Shown: positions 1 to 13,397 of the stretch, piece by piece | How positions within the stretch are numbered: the stretch's first letter is position 1 | Layout: the number at the start of each line of letters is the position of its first letter | Assembly: GCF_964355755.1 (NCBI RefSeq) | Contig: NC_092675.1 | Span: 30,104,912-30,168,911 of the forward strand | Origin: Antedon mediterranea | Lineage: Eukaryota > Animalia > Echinodermata | Length of the DNA stretch: 64,000 nt | Reading direction: 5' to 3' | Translations under genes and position numbers: made by a program | Notes under the pieces: generated by a model | What the model was told of the DNA's origin: nothing | Database searches by the model: none | The model's input: the letters and a program-made list of their open reading frames with translations, nothing else

Positions 1-1101
1 ATCATCATTATTACTTTCATTACCATGAAATCCTTATTTTATAAAATCTATTTTGTTAATAATAACAGCTTACTGGGGATTTGAAGAATACAATATAAAG
101 GTAAAAATGAACTCAAGTTTATTGAACCAGTTAGATAAGCTGTCAGGTATTTCAAAATGAAATTGTGAGTAATATCTAAAACGGATTCATTGTTAGCCTA
201 TCGGACATTGGAAGCATTATAGATATTGTTTGAAACTTTATAGGAATGAACCAGGAAGGGGGATGTGTTTATTTCCTGTTTCTAACAATATTGACGTGTA
301 TAGCCTACGGTAATCATCACGATCTCTTTATATCTATTGTACACATTGTGTTGTTACTTCCAATATTAACTGATCTTTCAATTGATGTAGGCCTACTGGA
401 CAAGTAGTAAACCAACAAAACAGCAATTTGAAAAGGAAAATTCTAAAGTAGTAAAATCATCTTTTATTTCAAATAAAAAAAAACATATAAGGTATAAACC
501 AACATCCCAGGTCACAGCTTGGAGGTCAGAGCATGAAAGGGTAAGCAAGACAACCAATACAAAACACTTAAAATAAGAAGGTACAAATAGTAGAAAACAC
601 ATCCAAAAGCCATAACATTAATAATAGATTGCTATTAAAAAAAATTGCTTCCACACAGTTACATTTCTTCTGAAATACCAAATCATTTTTTTTGTTACCA
701 TATTCAGTAATTTTGCTCCCTGAAAAACTGGTGGTATTAGTACGCCATTCATATCATTTTTACTTTTATGTTGAACAATATTCATTTTGCAATATAGGGA
801 TTTTTACGAAAAATGGTCAAAGGCACATAGCGTAAAACAATTACTGATTGGGTGTCTTTGATAGTTGATTTGAGACCATTTTATTTGTCCTGTTGGCAAT
901 AAAATGAAGGTAATTCTATCAGTATTTACAAGTTATTTCCTAGCACAACATAAACGGGTCCAAAAGTCTTTCTATATGCGATTAAATTAGAGAAAAATGT
1001 CAAGGTCTACTACTAGTATACACCTTATATTAATATTAGTAATGCTGTTATCTTTATAGCCACTTTGCCAAGCAATCTTGTACCAAATGACTGATTTTTC
1101 A

Positions 1102-1269
1102 CAGTCGACTTTTCATTTAACAGACTCTCTGAAAACCAGAAACTCTCCCAATACCAGAATTTTCTTGAGGACCAAAACGTCCCAAATTACTTTTCAAAAA
1201 CACATTCCGAAAACCAAACATACAGTATTTGGCCAGCCGAAATGTGTCTGGTATTGGGAGAGTGGACTG
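1102..1269. mobile_element. Tc1/mariner (pogo/Tigger-like) MITE, diverged
   Basis: Termini CAGTCGACT (1102) and AGTGGACTG (1269) followed by TA. Resembles the 26225-26659 element. Confidence 0.5.
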
Positions 1270-3094
1270 TATACTGTACAGTGACACTGACCAGCAGCAA
1301 CACTGCTGTGCGGAGGTTTAATTCACAGAGTCTGGTAAACATGGCAATGACATTGACATTAATCAATAATTATCAATCATATCATTCCACCTACTCATTG
1401 CAAGTCTACAGAATGTCTGCCATTATTACTACAGAAAATTATGCCTACTGTAATTACAGATGTACAGAAATGTAGATTTAAGAGGAAAATAAATTATGAT
1501 TTGCTGTAAATTATGGGAAATTACAGTAAAACGTAATAATTATGGACGACACCATGAAAAGACTCGTTTCCAGGTTTTTTGTCCAGTGTGGAAGTGCCAA
1601 ATGGTAGACCGTTGGCCTTTCGCTTTCATAATGTGCCAAACAGTCAGAAAATCTGCTCCAGTCCACATGCCCAAACTGACATGTGTAAAAAAAAAGATAA
1701 TTGAACTTTTCTATATTCTTTGTTTTGCCTGGTTTTAACTTCACATATCAATATAACTGATTTTGATCAATGTTTATTTGGTATTATCTGATCTGATATT
1801 ATTCAGGAAGTTATTAATTAAAATTAATTATGAAGTTTGTCAGGATGGAGTATCAGTTGTAAACCCATTGTATGTTGACCTTTTGACCTTTGTATGTTGA
1901 CCTTTGTGTGTTGACCTTTGTGCTGACCTGTCAATCTGCCTGACTTTAAAATAAAAACATAATATTCAAAAGCAATAATCCTGTGGTTGAATTGGATTGG
2001 AAAATATGATAAATTAAATTCAAGTGTTTTATAAATCACAAGGAATTAAAGCAATCACTTTAAATAAATACGATGATTTAAATAGTGAGTCAATGGCCAA
2101 GTGGTTAGGTAAGAGATGTTTTATTCTGAAGACTCACTTTATGACAAACCCATTGGGCAGACAAGACATTCTATAGCCTAGCCTTATGGTTCTGGTGTTT
2201 CTTGGCAGGAGAAACTGGAAAATTTTCAATAAACCGGTCAAATCGCAGGGTGAAAATTCAACGAAAAATAACGGTTATGTGATTGACAAATGTAGTATCT
2301 CGGATGTTTGACTGCTTAATCTCATTGCATTTTGGATAATATTAACGTTTTTGACCACCCACAAATTTAAACGGCTATTGGCGTGTAGAAAATGTAGTCA
2401 GTCTAAAAATATAATTATTGAAATAAACGGTATATTTGGTGCTACAGCAGATGCAGGCCCTAAACATATATTGCCAAATATGTATTATTATGATGATTTT
2501 TGTGGTTAATGTATCCTTATTGGTGACATTAAAGTCTCCAAGGACATGTGGAGGTGCCATATCAAAGGGTACTTGGTGGAAATAAGCCAACATCTCACCC
2601 TCATCACAAACAAACAACTACTAACAATAGAACTTCAACAGAAAAACAGAAGCCACATCTATTAAACGGAACAGTTTGATAAGATAACAAGCTGATGATA
2701 GGCTGCTGAGAAAGAAAATGAAACAATAACTGAGAATATAACGAGGACATTCAAACGCTATAAACAATACAATGTTGTATTTAAACATCATTTAAATAAA
2801 CAATGTGAAATTGAAACTACAGTTTAGTGAAGTATAACAAAGGAATTGAATAACAACATTCCTGACTTCTGTAAACTTTGTTTATAAATATAAAATAGAA
2901 ACAATTGGTATAAAAAAAAAAGTTATTATTTTAAAATTTAAAAGTTAAGTGAAAACGTGATGTTTATGTTATTCCATAAATTTAGAAAGAACAAAGGGAA
3001 ATGAAGTTGACTATGTATTTTTAGCTCACATAATGTAACTGTATTGGATCATCAATGTTAGAACTAGTCTGGCTTTATTACCAAGTATCAGTAA

Positions 3095-4029
3095 GGCCCC
3101 GTTTCTGCTGCCAAAAATATACCGTATATATACGGTATATTTTATTTACGGTATATTTTTTGGCAGCAGAAACGGGTCTCCTAAAAAATATACCGTATAT
3201 ATATACGGTATATATACGGTATATTTTATTTACAGTATATTTTTTGGCAGCAGAAATGGGTCTCCTAAAAAATATACCGTATATATATACGGTATATATA
3301 CCGCATAAATATCCCCATCGGATATTATACGGTATATTCCAAAATATACCGTATATTTTGTACCCCGTTTCTGCTGCACTCAAAATATACCGTATATGTG
3401 ACCCGGCCCATGACACGAGGTCAAAAACTAACAGAGCGTGACGCGTTTGTTTGCTTTTTCTGCTGCATTGACACACACGTGTATAAGCAAGCAACAGATC
3501 AAAATATCACTGTGGACTGAAGAAATAACTATTTTTGCAATTCAATTGTGGGGAGAAGTGAAGGTTGGGGGGAGACTACATGGTAAGAGAAGAGATACCG
3601 AGATTTACAAAAGTATCTCAAACAAAATAAAAGCAGAATTTGTGGTAGACTTAATAACGCCAAAGTTATCGGCAAACGCCGTCGTCTTCTTTGCATAAAT
3701 CTAGTCAATGCCCATTCTACATTTCTAGATTGAAGTTGTGCGGTGTAAATTCGTTGCCACTTCTGCTCATTAAATTTAAAATAGAAAGCAATGCTACAAC
3801 GTTTTGAGAAACCATCATTGCTTTGTTTTTGTCATGTAACCTCACTACACGAGACTCTAGGTCAATCCATACTTCCGTCTCACGAAATTCATTTTGGGTA
3901 ATGAAAGCCAACTTTTTTACAGCCCACCCACGAAGTATGTGCAGCGGAAACGGTGCACGAATTTCATATACCATATATTTATACGGTATATTTATACGGT
4001 ATATTTGGGTTGGCAGCAGAAACAGGGCC
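3095..4029. mobile_element. Non-autonomous PIF/Harbinger-type DNA transposon
   Basis: 20-bp TIRs GGCCCCGTTTCTGCTGCCAA / TTGGCAGCAGAAACAGGGCC (1 mismatch). TAA TSD at 3092-3094 and 4030-4032. Subterminal ATATACCGTATAT repeats and internal inverted TIR copies at about 3160 and 3243. Confidence 0.85.
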
Positions 4030-7000
4030 TAACTTTTTGCTTTAAACAAATTTAGGGGAAAACAACTTTTTGTTGTTATAGAGGCAAACAACCATGTATT
4101 TTAGTATTTTTAGGCAACTTTATATCATAAGATGGTAAGTATGCTATCTTTGGTAGTTTATTATCATTATTTATTTCTGTAAATGAAATACTGCAAAACA
4201 TTCTGCAAAATAATTGAAGGTTGTGCAAGCTAGGCATGAAATGCACTAAAGGATTTTAAAGTACTCACCAGTAATTAGCTGTTGTTGAGTGTAGATTTCC
4301 AATCAAGGTTAAGAACAAAGATTTAATAGATTAGAAGATTAATTATATAGCATGGAACAGTACTCTGGTGCATATAATAACAATAATTCTAATGCACTGG
4401 CTGCAAAATGCAGAGTTTATTCAAATTAAGTAACCCGGGTATGGGACGATAAAATGAGGCATTACAGTCCAGTTTAAACAGTGTAAAAATATACTACTGT
4501 AGTTGGTACTACAGTAGTGTAGTGTAACTGTGCTTGTTGCAGCAATAATAATTATTTTAACAAATTGAATTTATTTTAATTTGTCGAACTGGTTGATTAA
4601 TTTTTAATTTTATAATTTTATTTTATATTAACTGTACATTCATTGTATTTTATACAAATTATAAAGTTCATTCATAATGATTTAATAGTTATTACGGTTA
4701 TTGAAGAATTTGTTTCAAAAATACAGCAGAATGGTTGATTGTTAAAATAGTGTGAGAAAAAAAATTGTATAATATTTATTCAGGAATTTGTGGAATTTAT
4801 TTGTGGAATTAAATATTATTACTGTACATACGTCATCAACATAGTTTTATTAAATTTTAAAATCTAAATCACAAGCATACATTTGTATTGGTCGTCAGTC
4901 ACTGTTCAGATTGTTCCCCTTCTTTATAATAATAATACAAACACACAATTCTATGAATATGTTTATTTATTAGCTGGCGGCTAAATGGCTGTCAAAAGCA
5001 TGGAATGAAAGATGAGAAACCAATTTGCAATGTAAATAACTGCTCAACCGTGACGTTTTCTTACAATGAATGACAGTTTTTTTTAACCGCTCCCCCTTAG
5101 GTGGATATTTAAAGTGCAATAGATGGCCCCTTTTGATCTCTAACTAGCGTCAATGAAAGGCCAGACCCAACAAGTTTTTGAAGAGCTAACTAAAAATATG
5201 TACAAAGTCAAAATAATCACAAGATTCATAAAATATCGCTATCATTATAAAGATCCAAGAAGTAAAACACGAAGTTGACACAAACAAACATAGATTTGTA
5301 TATATATATATATTTATTTTGTATATCTTTGTTAATTTTGTGTTTTTATAGTTTATTTTGTATTTACTGTTTGTATTGTTTGAGGGTCCCTAATGATCAG
5401 CTGATGCTGGATGGACCACCCTCATAAAATATTGTTGAAATAAAATAAAATAAATGTAAAACACATTTCAACATAAAACTGTGAGTGAGAAGGATGTTAT
5501 ATTCAGGTCTACTGTATGTACTAATGCATACTCTAACTTTATAAATTTGTACTAACTTTATAAAATGTGCAAACTTTAATGAACGTCTTCAAGTTTGAAC
5601 TTCAAATATTATTTGACTTCAAACTGGTTAAATTTTTTGGCAAAGAATCCGTCAAATTGTTTACGACTACTAGGATCTCTCTTTGACCCGAAAAAGTATC
5701 GTTTATTGAAATGACATGACAAGAAATGGATTTCAACAGTAAATATAATTTAAATAGTGTCCCAGGACTACTAGTAGTAAATATGGGAAAAATACAGATG
5801 TGTTTGAATTAGTATAGTACATTAATAAGAGGAATTTAAATAGAAAATCTATTGAAAACAACAACTGTTTTTTTTCCAACAATATTTAAGAATGGTGGTC
5901 CATTCAGCCAAAGCTGATCATTGCATTGAATGACCTAATAAGTTTATAATCTGTACTTTTAGTCTAATTGTGCAGTGCTGATATAATCTGATTGACATTT
6001 TGTATTGCTGTCGTCCAAGTACCATTAGATCAATTCTCTTCTTGTAGTTGGCATTTACTATGACATGTCCATGAGCACTTTAACAAATTATAAATGAATC
6101 AACGAATTTCACTAAATGTAACTTAACTTAACTTAACTTATTGATAGTAGCAGCAGAACAGTAGCAGTAGTCTAGCGAAACTACTTCATCAAAATACTTT
6201 ACTGCTAAGTACTATATAAAGTATTTAGAATGAATGTTTTACACTTTAAGTGCAAAAATAGAACATGTATATTCCTTCCACTCATTGTTTAATTAAAGTT
6301 TAAAGTATACTGTACAATTAAAGTTAAACTTAACTTTAAAAAAAATTATACCAAGGTTGGGATTTCATTAAAATAACTTTGCGATGAAAACAAATATTCA
6401 CGAATCATATTAAATTGAATATTCTACAACTAAAAATTAATTTTATATATAAAAATATTCATTAATTCACAGACCTGTTATGTATGGATTAAGATGAATT
6501 AAGTTTTTAAAGAGACACGTTTTTGTGGCAGAAACTGTTTAGTTGATAATAAAACAGATTTAATCAAGTGTGGAAATCTACAGGCTAAAACTGTACACCA
6601 AAGATATCAATTATTGTGGTTAAGTTATTAAATTAAATTGAGATTACCCTTTAATTATGGTTATTGCCAAACACATGATTGTGTCCCAAAATGAACAAAT
6701 AAAAAGAGGATCCAAACAACAATACAACAGGTACTGCACAGGTAAGCAGCACTTGGATCTATCAATCTATCTCAAGTTACAATTGCACATTCCAACACAT
6801 CAGCAGCAAGTAAACACCTTTCTTCAAAATTTTCTAAACTTGGTCATGCAAATATTGCAGACCGCTTGAAAAGAAGCTTAAATAAATGAACATATGCTTG
6901 ATGCTACCTTGTATACAGAATGAATTAAATTATAACTTATTAAGTTGCTCTTTTAAAGCAATCAATTTGATGCCTCATCCATCCAGTAGTCTACGGTTCA

Positions 7001-7449
7001 ATTACTATTTTCTTTTAAAGTAAATTGTTAATGTTAATTTTTTTTTTTGGTACAAATTGTTTTTTTTTAAATTTATGCTAGATACAGTAGTTTCTAACAC
7101 ATATTTTTTGTGAGATGCAAGGTAGAATTTTGTAATAACATGTCATCAATATGATGATGACCAGAATCTATATCCTCTAAAATGTATGAAACAGATTGCA
7201 AAAAAAAAGTATTGTGGCTAAAGATACTGTGTGACAACCATATCCAACCTGCTGACTTCTAAAGTACACTTATGTATTTTTTTTAAACTACATTGGCAGA
7301 AAATTTCTTTAAGCGGGCGCTAGCTGTATGAGCCCTGCTTTGCATGTCTTTACTTAAAATTGAAACACAAAAAATGTTGTTTTTTTTCACAATTAGCTAA
7401 AAAAAATACTCAAATCGTAATTTACAAAAAATAATTTAAAACAACTTAC

Positions 7450-7707
7450 TTTGGATACATCTGAGAAAAAGCCTTTAGCAATTGGCTCCAAGACAAAGTC
7501 ATCCAAACGATTTAACTTGCTAAGTGCGGACACAACAGCTCCGTAACCTGGTGACAATGGCATCCGACCGGCAATACTGTTACGCTGTCTCGCAGGAGTT
7601 GCATTCCTATTCTTTTCTGTTGTTTTTCTTTGGACACAGCCATTAGGACTGGTTGATGGTGGGCTATCTGTTGTTGACTCATCAGATTCCATTGGTTGAA
7701 GCATCAT
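7450..7707 (-). CDS. TESK2: TESK-family dual-specificity kinase (TESK1/2, cdi-like), first coding exon only; remainder apparently left of the window
   Basis: Translation has RNSIAG...ALSKLNRLDDFVLEPIAKGFFSDVSK, matching the TESK N-terminus and kinase subdomain I. GTAAGT donor at 7449 and acceptor at 7759-7761. Probable non-coding exon with donor at 8709. No further kinase exon was recognised in 1-7449. Confidence 0.8.
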
Positions 7708-8899
7708 CAGGCTACTGTATGCCTTGTATGCTATGTTTCAAGCTCTGACATCGTTATGCTAGAAAAAAGTGAACTTTTATAGAGTAAATGTACATATTAA
7801 TTGTGAGTAAAATCATAGGTTTATTTTTTGAGGATTAGTAAGTGAATCTACTATATACTAATAGTAATACTCTACCATTATGCTACTGTTACTGCTGCGA
7901 TTAGTTATGTAATTTGTCGGTGACGCAATGAAATGACGACACTTCAGTTCATTTTATGACCTGTACTGATGAGTAAATATAGACTGTAGAAATTGATAGT
8001 AGGCCTACTGTAGAAGTACCTAGCAGACAATACCTGATAACACTGCTTACTGGAACTTCCTATGTAAATTTCTGTAGCTATTGGGTGATGTTTAGTTAAT
8101 ACAATTGCATTGTATTGTTTTTATTTATCCTATTATTTTTTGGGTTGGTTTACTGATTTTGTTTTATTACCCTGTATAAATACAGCCTGTTGTAGTGCTG
8201 TTAAATTATTTAGATTTTTAAATTGCTATAAAAAAAAGAATAATTTTTTTAATAAAAAAAAATAAGTAAAAAAACTGTGATGATTCAACAGGGAGAGGAG
8301 CACAATAGTAGGCCTATTCTACTGTACAGCAGTACTTTTGGCTAAAAAAATGTCAAGTTATGTAAAAAACATATTTATTTATACAAACATAGATAAAAAA
8401 TGTAATTGTCCATTCATAATGCACGAAGGTACAGTATCCATATGGCTTTCCTCTAGGCCTAGAATAGTAGTAGTAGTACTAGGCCTAGTAGTACTCAATT
8501 GGGCACCTGGCTGGTCTACTTAACCCTACCATTGGCCTAGTCTACCACACACACACACTAAATAAATGATTGGCGGCTAGAGCCTAGAGGCCTACTAGGC
8601 CTAGCTAGCCTTGCTAGGAGAGCATAAATAGGCCTAGCATGTTTTAAGCTACAACACTTAATCTACAAATACGTCTAGGACCCGGTCAATTAAATAGAAG
8701 TAGAAGTACCTGTTTCACCGACTTCTGATAAACAAATCGCATATGTAGTAGAATTGCCACAATTTCTAAGTTATAGGCCTAGGCTGCTTCCGCCAAAACC
8801 AACATATATGTCCACAGACACCGTGTTGATGTTGTTTTTGTGTATGTGCATTTTGGTTTGTGTAGATTATAGAGGGGGTTTCAACAATTTCAATTTTGG

Positions 8900-9090
8900 A
8901 TAAGATAAGATAAGATAAATTTATTGAACGAACGCTTTTGTATCAGCGGCACACGTTTATAAGACGGTGCGTTCATTTACAAGGCAATGTAAAAACAAAA
9001 AGAAAAGTATCAAAAAATAACATTTAAGTCTTAACTAAGAAGCGAATTATACAAGTAAAATGAAATTAGTAAAAACAAGGTAATCTTACA
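8900..9090 (-). mobile_element. Probable LINE 3' end with AATAAA and (TCTTA)n tail
   Basis: The minus strand ends in CAATAAATTTATCTTATCTTATCTTATC, a short-repeat tail typical of CR1/L2-clade elements. Left-over body boundaries are uncertain. Confidence 0.4.
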
Positions 9091-9435
9091 TATCGAACAA
9101 TACTTAACCTATATAATGGAGTTAATGTTATTATCTATTTATTATCAGTATTATTAATATTTTCAAGTTTTAAGCGAATATATTATCATTATTATTACTA
9201 AAAATATATATATATATATATATATATATAATTGCTAATTGATTTATTATACTGTTATTATTAAAATAAATGCAACTTTTATATGATTATTTGTTCTTAT
9301 TATATTTAATATTAATAGTTATTTGTAATTTAATTAAATGTGATACAATTTTTATTATATTATTTAGTCTTATTTTTAGTACTGTATTATTTATTTATTT
9401 TATTTAGATTTAGGTTACATTATATAATTTTAAAG

Positions 9436-9473
<38 letters not shown>

Positions 9474-10022
9474 TATATATAAAAATATAATATATTATTG
9501 AATTAGATAAATGGTAGATAATATGGTGGGCGGTAAATATTTATATATTATATATTAAGTGTAGTCTTTCTATGTCTCCATGCAGCAGTTAAGTATTGTT
9601 TACAGTGATAGTCTACAATTTCACCGATTCTCTCAAATGGAAATTCTAAATAAAGGTCATCAAGTAAAATATGATGTTGGTATTCGATTGTACCACTTCT
9701 AAAATTCTCCCAGAATGTATCATAACCACAATACAATAAATCCATTTTTAGTAAGTTAAAATGGACATAATGGTCTTTTTAAAATAAATAATGATAATTA
9801 TTCAGAGAAATAGTTTGGTCTGGTGGCACTTAGCTAATGATGAGTTTCCACATTTTAACTAAATTATGAGTTTAACCAAGACAAATATTTACTGACAATT
9901 TTTTATTTATGATTATGATTTTTAAACTGTTTTTTTTTACGCACTCTGCGGAGACAAAAGTGACCGCTCAATAATATTGAACTTTCTAATTTATGTTATT
10001 GTTAAATTCATAATATTAATAA

Positions 10023-10515
10023 ATTTGCTGACAAGATTGGTCTCATAGCCTACTTTTCTTTGTGTGTTTTAGGCAATCCGTACAAATGAGCTAACCTTGA
10101 TCCGGTTTGACAAATTGATTTAGCAATTTCTTTTGGAAGAATTTTATGAACCGTTGAAATCATATCTTTCTCCCTTTTCAGGAGTGGATGGTAATGTGTC
10201 ATTGGTCTTCCTCTTGTTCTTGGTTGTTCAGTAGAGATTGGTATAAATTTGGAAACATTGTTGACCGATGCTTCACATAATAAATGTTCATACTCACTTC
10301 TATCCATGACTACTACTCCTGATCCTTTGTCTACATAATAAATGTTCATACTCACTTCTATCCATGACTACTACTCCTGATCCTTTGTCTTTGTAGTCAT
10401 GGATAGAAGTGAGTATGAACATTTATTATGTGAAGCATCGGTCAACAATGTTTCCAAATTTATACCAATCTCTACTGAACAACCAAGAACAAGAGGAAGA
10501 CCAATGACACATTAC
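10023..10515 (-). mobile_element. Penelope-like element reverse transcriptase fragment, pseudogenised and rearranged
   Basis: Reads DKGSGVVVMDRSEY...RLAHLYGLPKTHKEK*AMRPILSA, i.e. the PLE RT motifs DKG, YGLPKxHK and RPIxS with an internal stop. Includes a 58-bp tandem duplication and a 123-bp inverted copy. Confidence 0.85.
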
Positions 10516-10579
10516 AAGGGGGACGTATAATTCTGTGAACCCCAAACACAGTGGTCGCATACCTTTAACTCTATTCCAC

Positions 10580-10652
10580 CGACCAGCGTGGGAATCGAAC
10601 CCAGGACATACATGTTGTCAACACGACGCTCAGGCGACTGAGCTAACTGGCC
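10580..10652 (-). pseudogene. tRNA-Ile-like pseudogene or tRNA-derived SINE head
   Basis: GGCCAGTTAGCTCAGTCGCCTGAGCGTCGTGTTGACAACATGTATGTCCTGGGTTCGATTCCCACGCTGGTCG folds as a cloverleaf with A/B boxes. It lacks the D-loop GG and has stem mismatches. Confidence 0.6.
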
Positions 10653-10737
10653 ATTGTGGTTTTAACAAGGTTAATAGGATATTTATGAAGTAATGATGAA
10701 TTACGTAATACACGTATAAATAGACTATTATCAGCTG

Positions 10738-10832
10738 TTACTACTGTGGCGTAACGGGTAATGCCCAGGTTTGGGTGCTCTCAGGTCTGTCAGATTGGGT
10801 TCGAAACCTCTATGGATATTTTTTTTTTTTTT
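10738..10832 (+). mobile_element. tRNA-derived Pol III unit (SINE head or pseudo-tRNA) with oligo-T
   Basis: A-box-like TGGCGTAACGG, B-box GGTTCGAAACC, then a long T run. Confidence 0.45.
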
Positions 10833-11957
10833 GGAATTGAAAATAAATATTGTTTTTCTTTGATTTTGAAAGAGATATATTTTGAGGGTTATAAAACAAG
10901 TGGACCTTTTTTAAAATCCGAAACAAAGTTGCATGGCATTATTTTCCATTAAATAGACTGCCATAACCTCGAAAAGAAGCCCATGTGCTCCTTCCTTTAT
11001 AGTACTTTTGGGTGGGTGGGCTTCTTTTCCCCAGTTCTTTTCGAGATTACTTTTGCAAACTAAAAGAGAAGAGCTGCTAGGTTCCCGCCCGGAAAATGTT
11101 TTATTAACATGATTTGAACAAAATAAAGATTAACATTATTTTGGAAAGCAGTACTGCGTTTATACTGAAAATGCAATCCAGTCAAAAGAAAGAATAACAG
11201 TGTGGCGTGTTGACCGCGTAACTAACATACCATCTTTCCCATAATACACCTGCACAAACTCATTTGCATAACAACGCACGGCATACCAAACTGTTTAAAA
11301 TAGAGTTGCAAGGTCCCCGGAAATGACATCTATTATTTTTTCAAATAACATGTATAAGAATCTTCAGTACCCCACTATGCTTGGGGCTGAGCAAAAACAA
11401 TTTTTAAAAAAGAGCTGCATAGCTTCCCGCCCAAAAACTTTACATGATTTTAAATTATATGAAACAAACTATATAAGAATCACACCAGGACAATAGAGCT
11501 TGTCCCCGGAAGTGCACCTTTTCATTGAAATATGAAATTAAAGTCTCCAGTACTAGCCCACCGTTGGGGCAGAGCTAAATAATGAAAATAGAGCCCAGAA
11601 TTGCACTATACTTATAACTATACATAATCACCTATGATAATTTTAAAATTTCAACTATCCAGATGCGACAAAATTTTAGATGGGGTTTTCTACTTTAAAA
11701 ATTCGACTTCGTATATCATGTCAATGCCGGCGGCGGAATTAGTTTAACTTCGAAATTGGTCTAGAAATCGGCATCGTTGCAAATGTTCTATATTTTGTCT
11801 TTTTTCACTCTCCATTAACCCCATACAAAAACCATCGGAGACAATTAACTATCTGTTTAAAACATGTTTATTATTATTACCAACTACCATAAACGTAATA
11901 ACATTGTAATATTATTACAATACAATGAATTGGACATTTTGCTACCAATGTAGCAAC

Positions 11958-11977
11958 CAGGGAGTTACAACTCCCTG
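11958..11977. mobile_element. 20-bp minimal hAT-like element (TIRs only)
   Basis: CAGGGAGTT-AC-AACTCCCTG flanked by a perfect 8-bp direct repeat GTAGCAAC (11950-11957 and 11978-11985). Confidence 0.7.
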
Positions 11978-13397
11978 GTAGCAACATTGATTAACAACAT
12001 CAAAATTTAACTATCAGATCACCTTTCCCACTACACGATTGCATAACAACGCACGGCATTATGAATGTGAACACCGTGCACGGCGCCGGGTGGAAATACA
12101 TTTGAATTTAGTGATTTGAAGATGCAGTTACACGGACAGAAGGGTGACTCAGACATGATATGATTGACGATGATTAAACACATTTAGAGATAAGAACGTG
12201 ACACAACGAAACGAGAAGTTATTTGAAAATAGAGACACACCGAGAAATGTATTATACATTATGATTTATTCAACATTTTTGGCGTATACAAATAAATGGC
12301 AACTTAAAAAAATTCAAAGACTGTAAATTAATGTAGTGATAAATAATTTAAAACAATAATTGAGTAGCCAGATAAATCCACGCATCATAGTTCCATGCTT
12401 AGACTTATTAATATTATAAAGTATTAAAAAAAAATTGATTTACTATGGTCAATAAATATAGTATCTTTGTATTTTCGTTGCTCAATATAATCTTTATGTC
12501 GGTCGCACCGACCAGAACGTCTACAATATACACAGATATTCCAAAAAGTTTCGATTATACTAACAGTGACGATTTAGTTATGTGAGGTTCTCCAACAATT
12601 GATTATTCTCATTTATCTCAAATACTGGTTCGATTTATTGGTTTGATGGAGGTTCGATGCAAATAATTCGTTTCTACAAAAATAAAAAGTATTGGTTAAA
12701 TTTGTGCACAAAATAAAATATTATCAGGGCGCCCTCATTTGTTGACTTTCCAGACGTCACACAGTTGTCATCTCAACGCGAAAATCAATCAAGCTTTAAG
12801 TTCGAGCTTATCTCTACCAAGAAGAAACCATTATTATAGATAAACTAAGATGGCGTAGTGGATTGTAATAATGATGTTGAACTGTCAACAATTCACAATG
12901 CGAACTCACATATCAGAGTACCACTCAGATTGAAGGTATTCCATCCCACCATGTAAGTAGGAGGACATTTTATTTCACTAATAAAATAACAGGGTGTTTC
13001 GACTAAGTCTAAAGGACCTAATTGAAAGCAAAGGAATTGTATAGTAGTGCTATTCTCCTGGCTATATCGCCGGCAGAGTATGGGACGCCACACAGGAAAA
13101 ATTTTGCAAAATGTATCTATTTTAATTTATAATTTTCCGTAGTAGTCTTGATAAAAAAAATTCCTGTTGTAAATATTTTTTTTTTTTAAACATTTTGTGC
13201 ATGTGCTGTGTGAGCGTGTGCAAGACGATAGTCGCATGTCAGAGGCGGAACCAGCATTATAGACTAGGCCTAGCTAGAGGGAGCTAAATTATATTTCAGA
13301 ATATTTGAAGATATATTTTCTATAAAAATAAATGAATGACGTTTTCTTTTGTTTCATTTGTTTCAGATGACTGACAATATGTGATTATATATTCACA

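Noticed and set aside
3055-3974. ORFs of 85-138 aa
   Set aside because: They lie within a non-autonomous Harbinger element and its repeats, with no recognisable transposase motifs.
7465-7482. TESK as a pseudokinase because the Gly-loop reads AKGFFS
   Set aside because: A first Gly-to-Ala change is tolerated in active kinases, and the catalytic exons lie outside the window.
7966-8000. Other CTGATGA motifs as hammerheads (also 2692, 16013, 23042, 41476)
   Set aside because: No correctly spaced GAAA with closing stems.
10580-10652. Functional tRNA-Val(GAC)
   Set aside because: No D-loop GG, stem mismatches, an Ile-like body and an anticodon atypical for eukaryotes.
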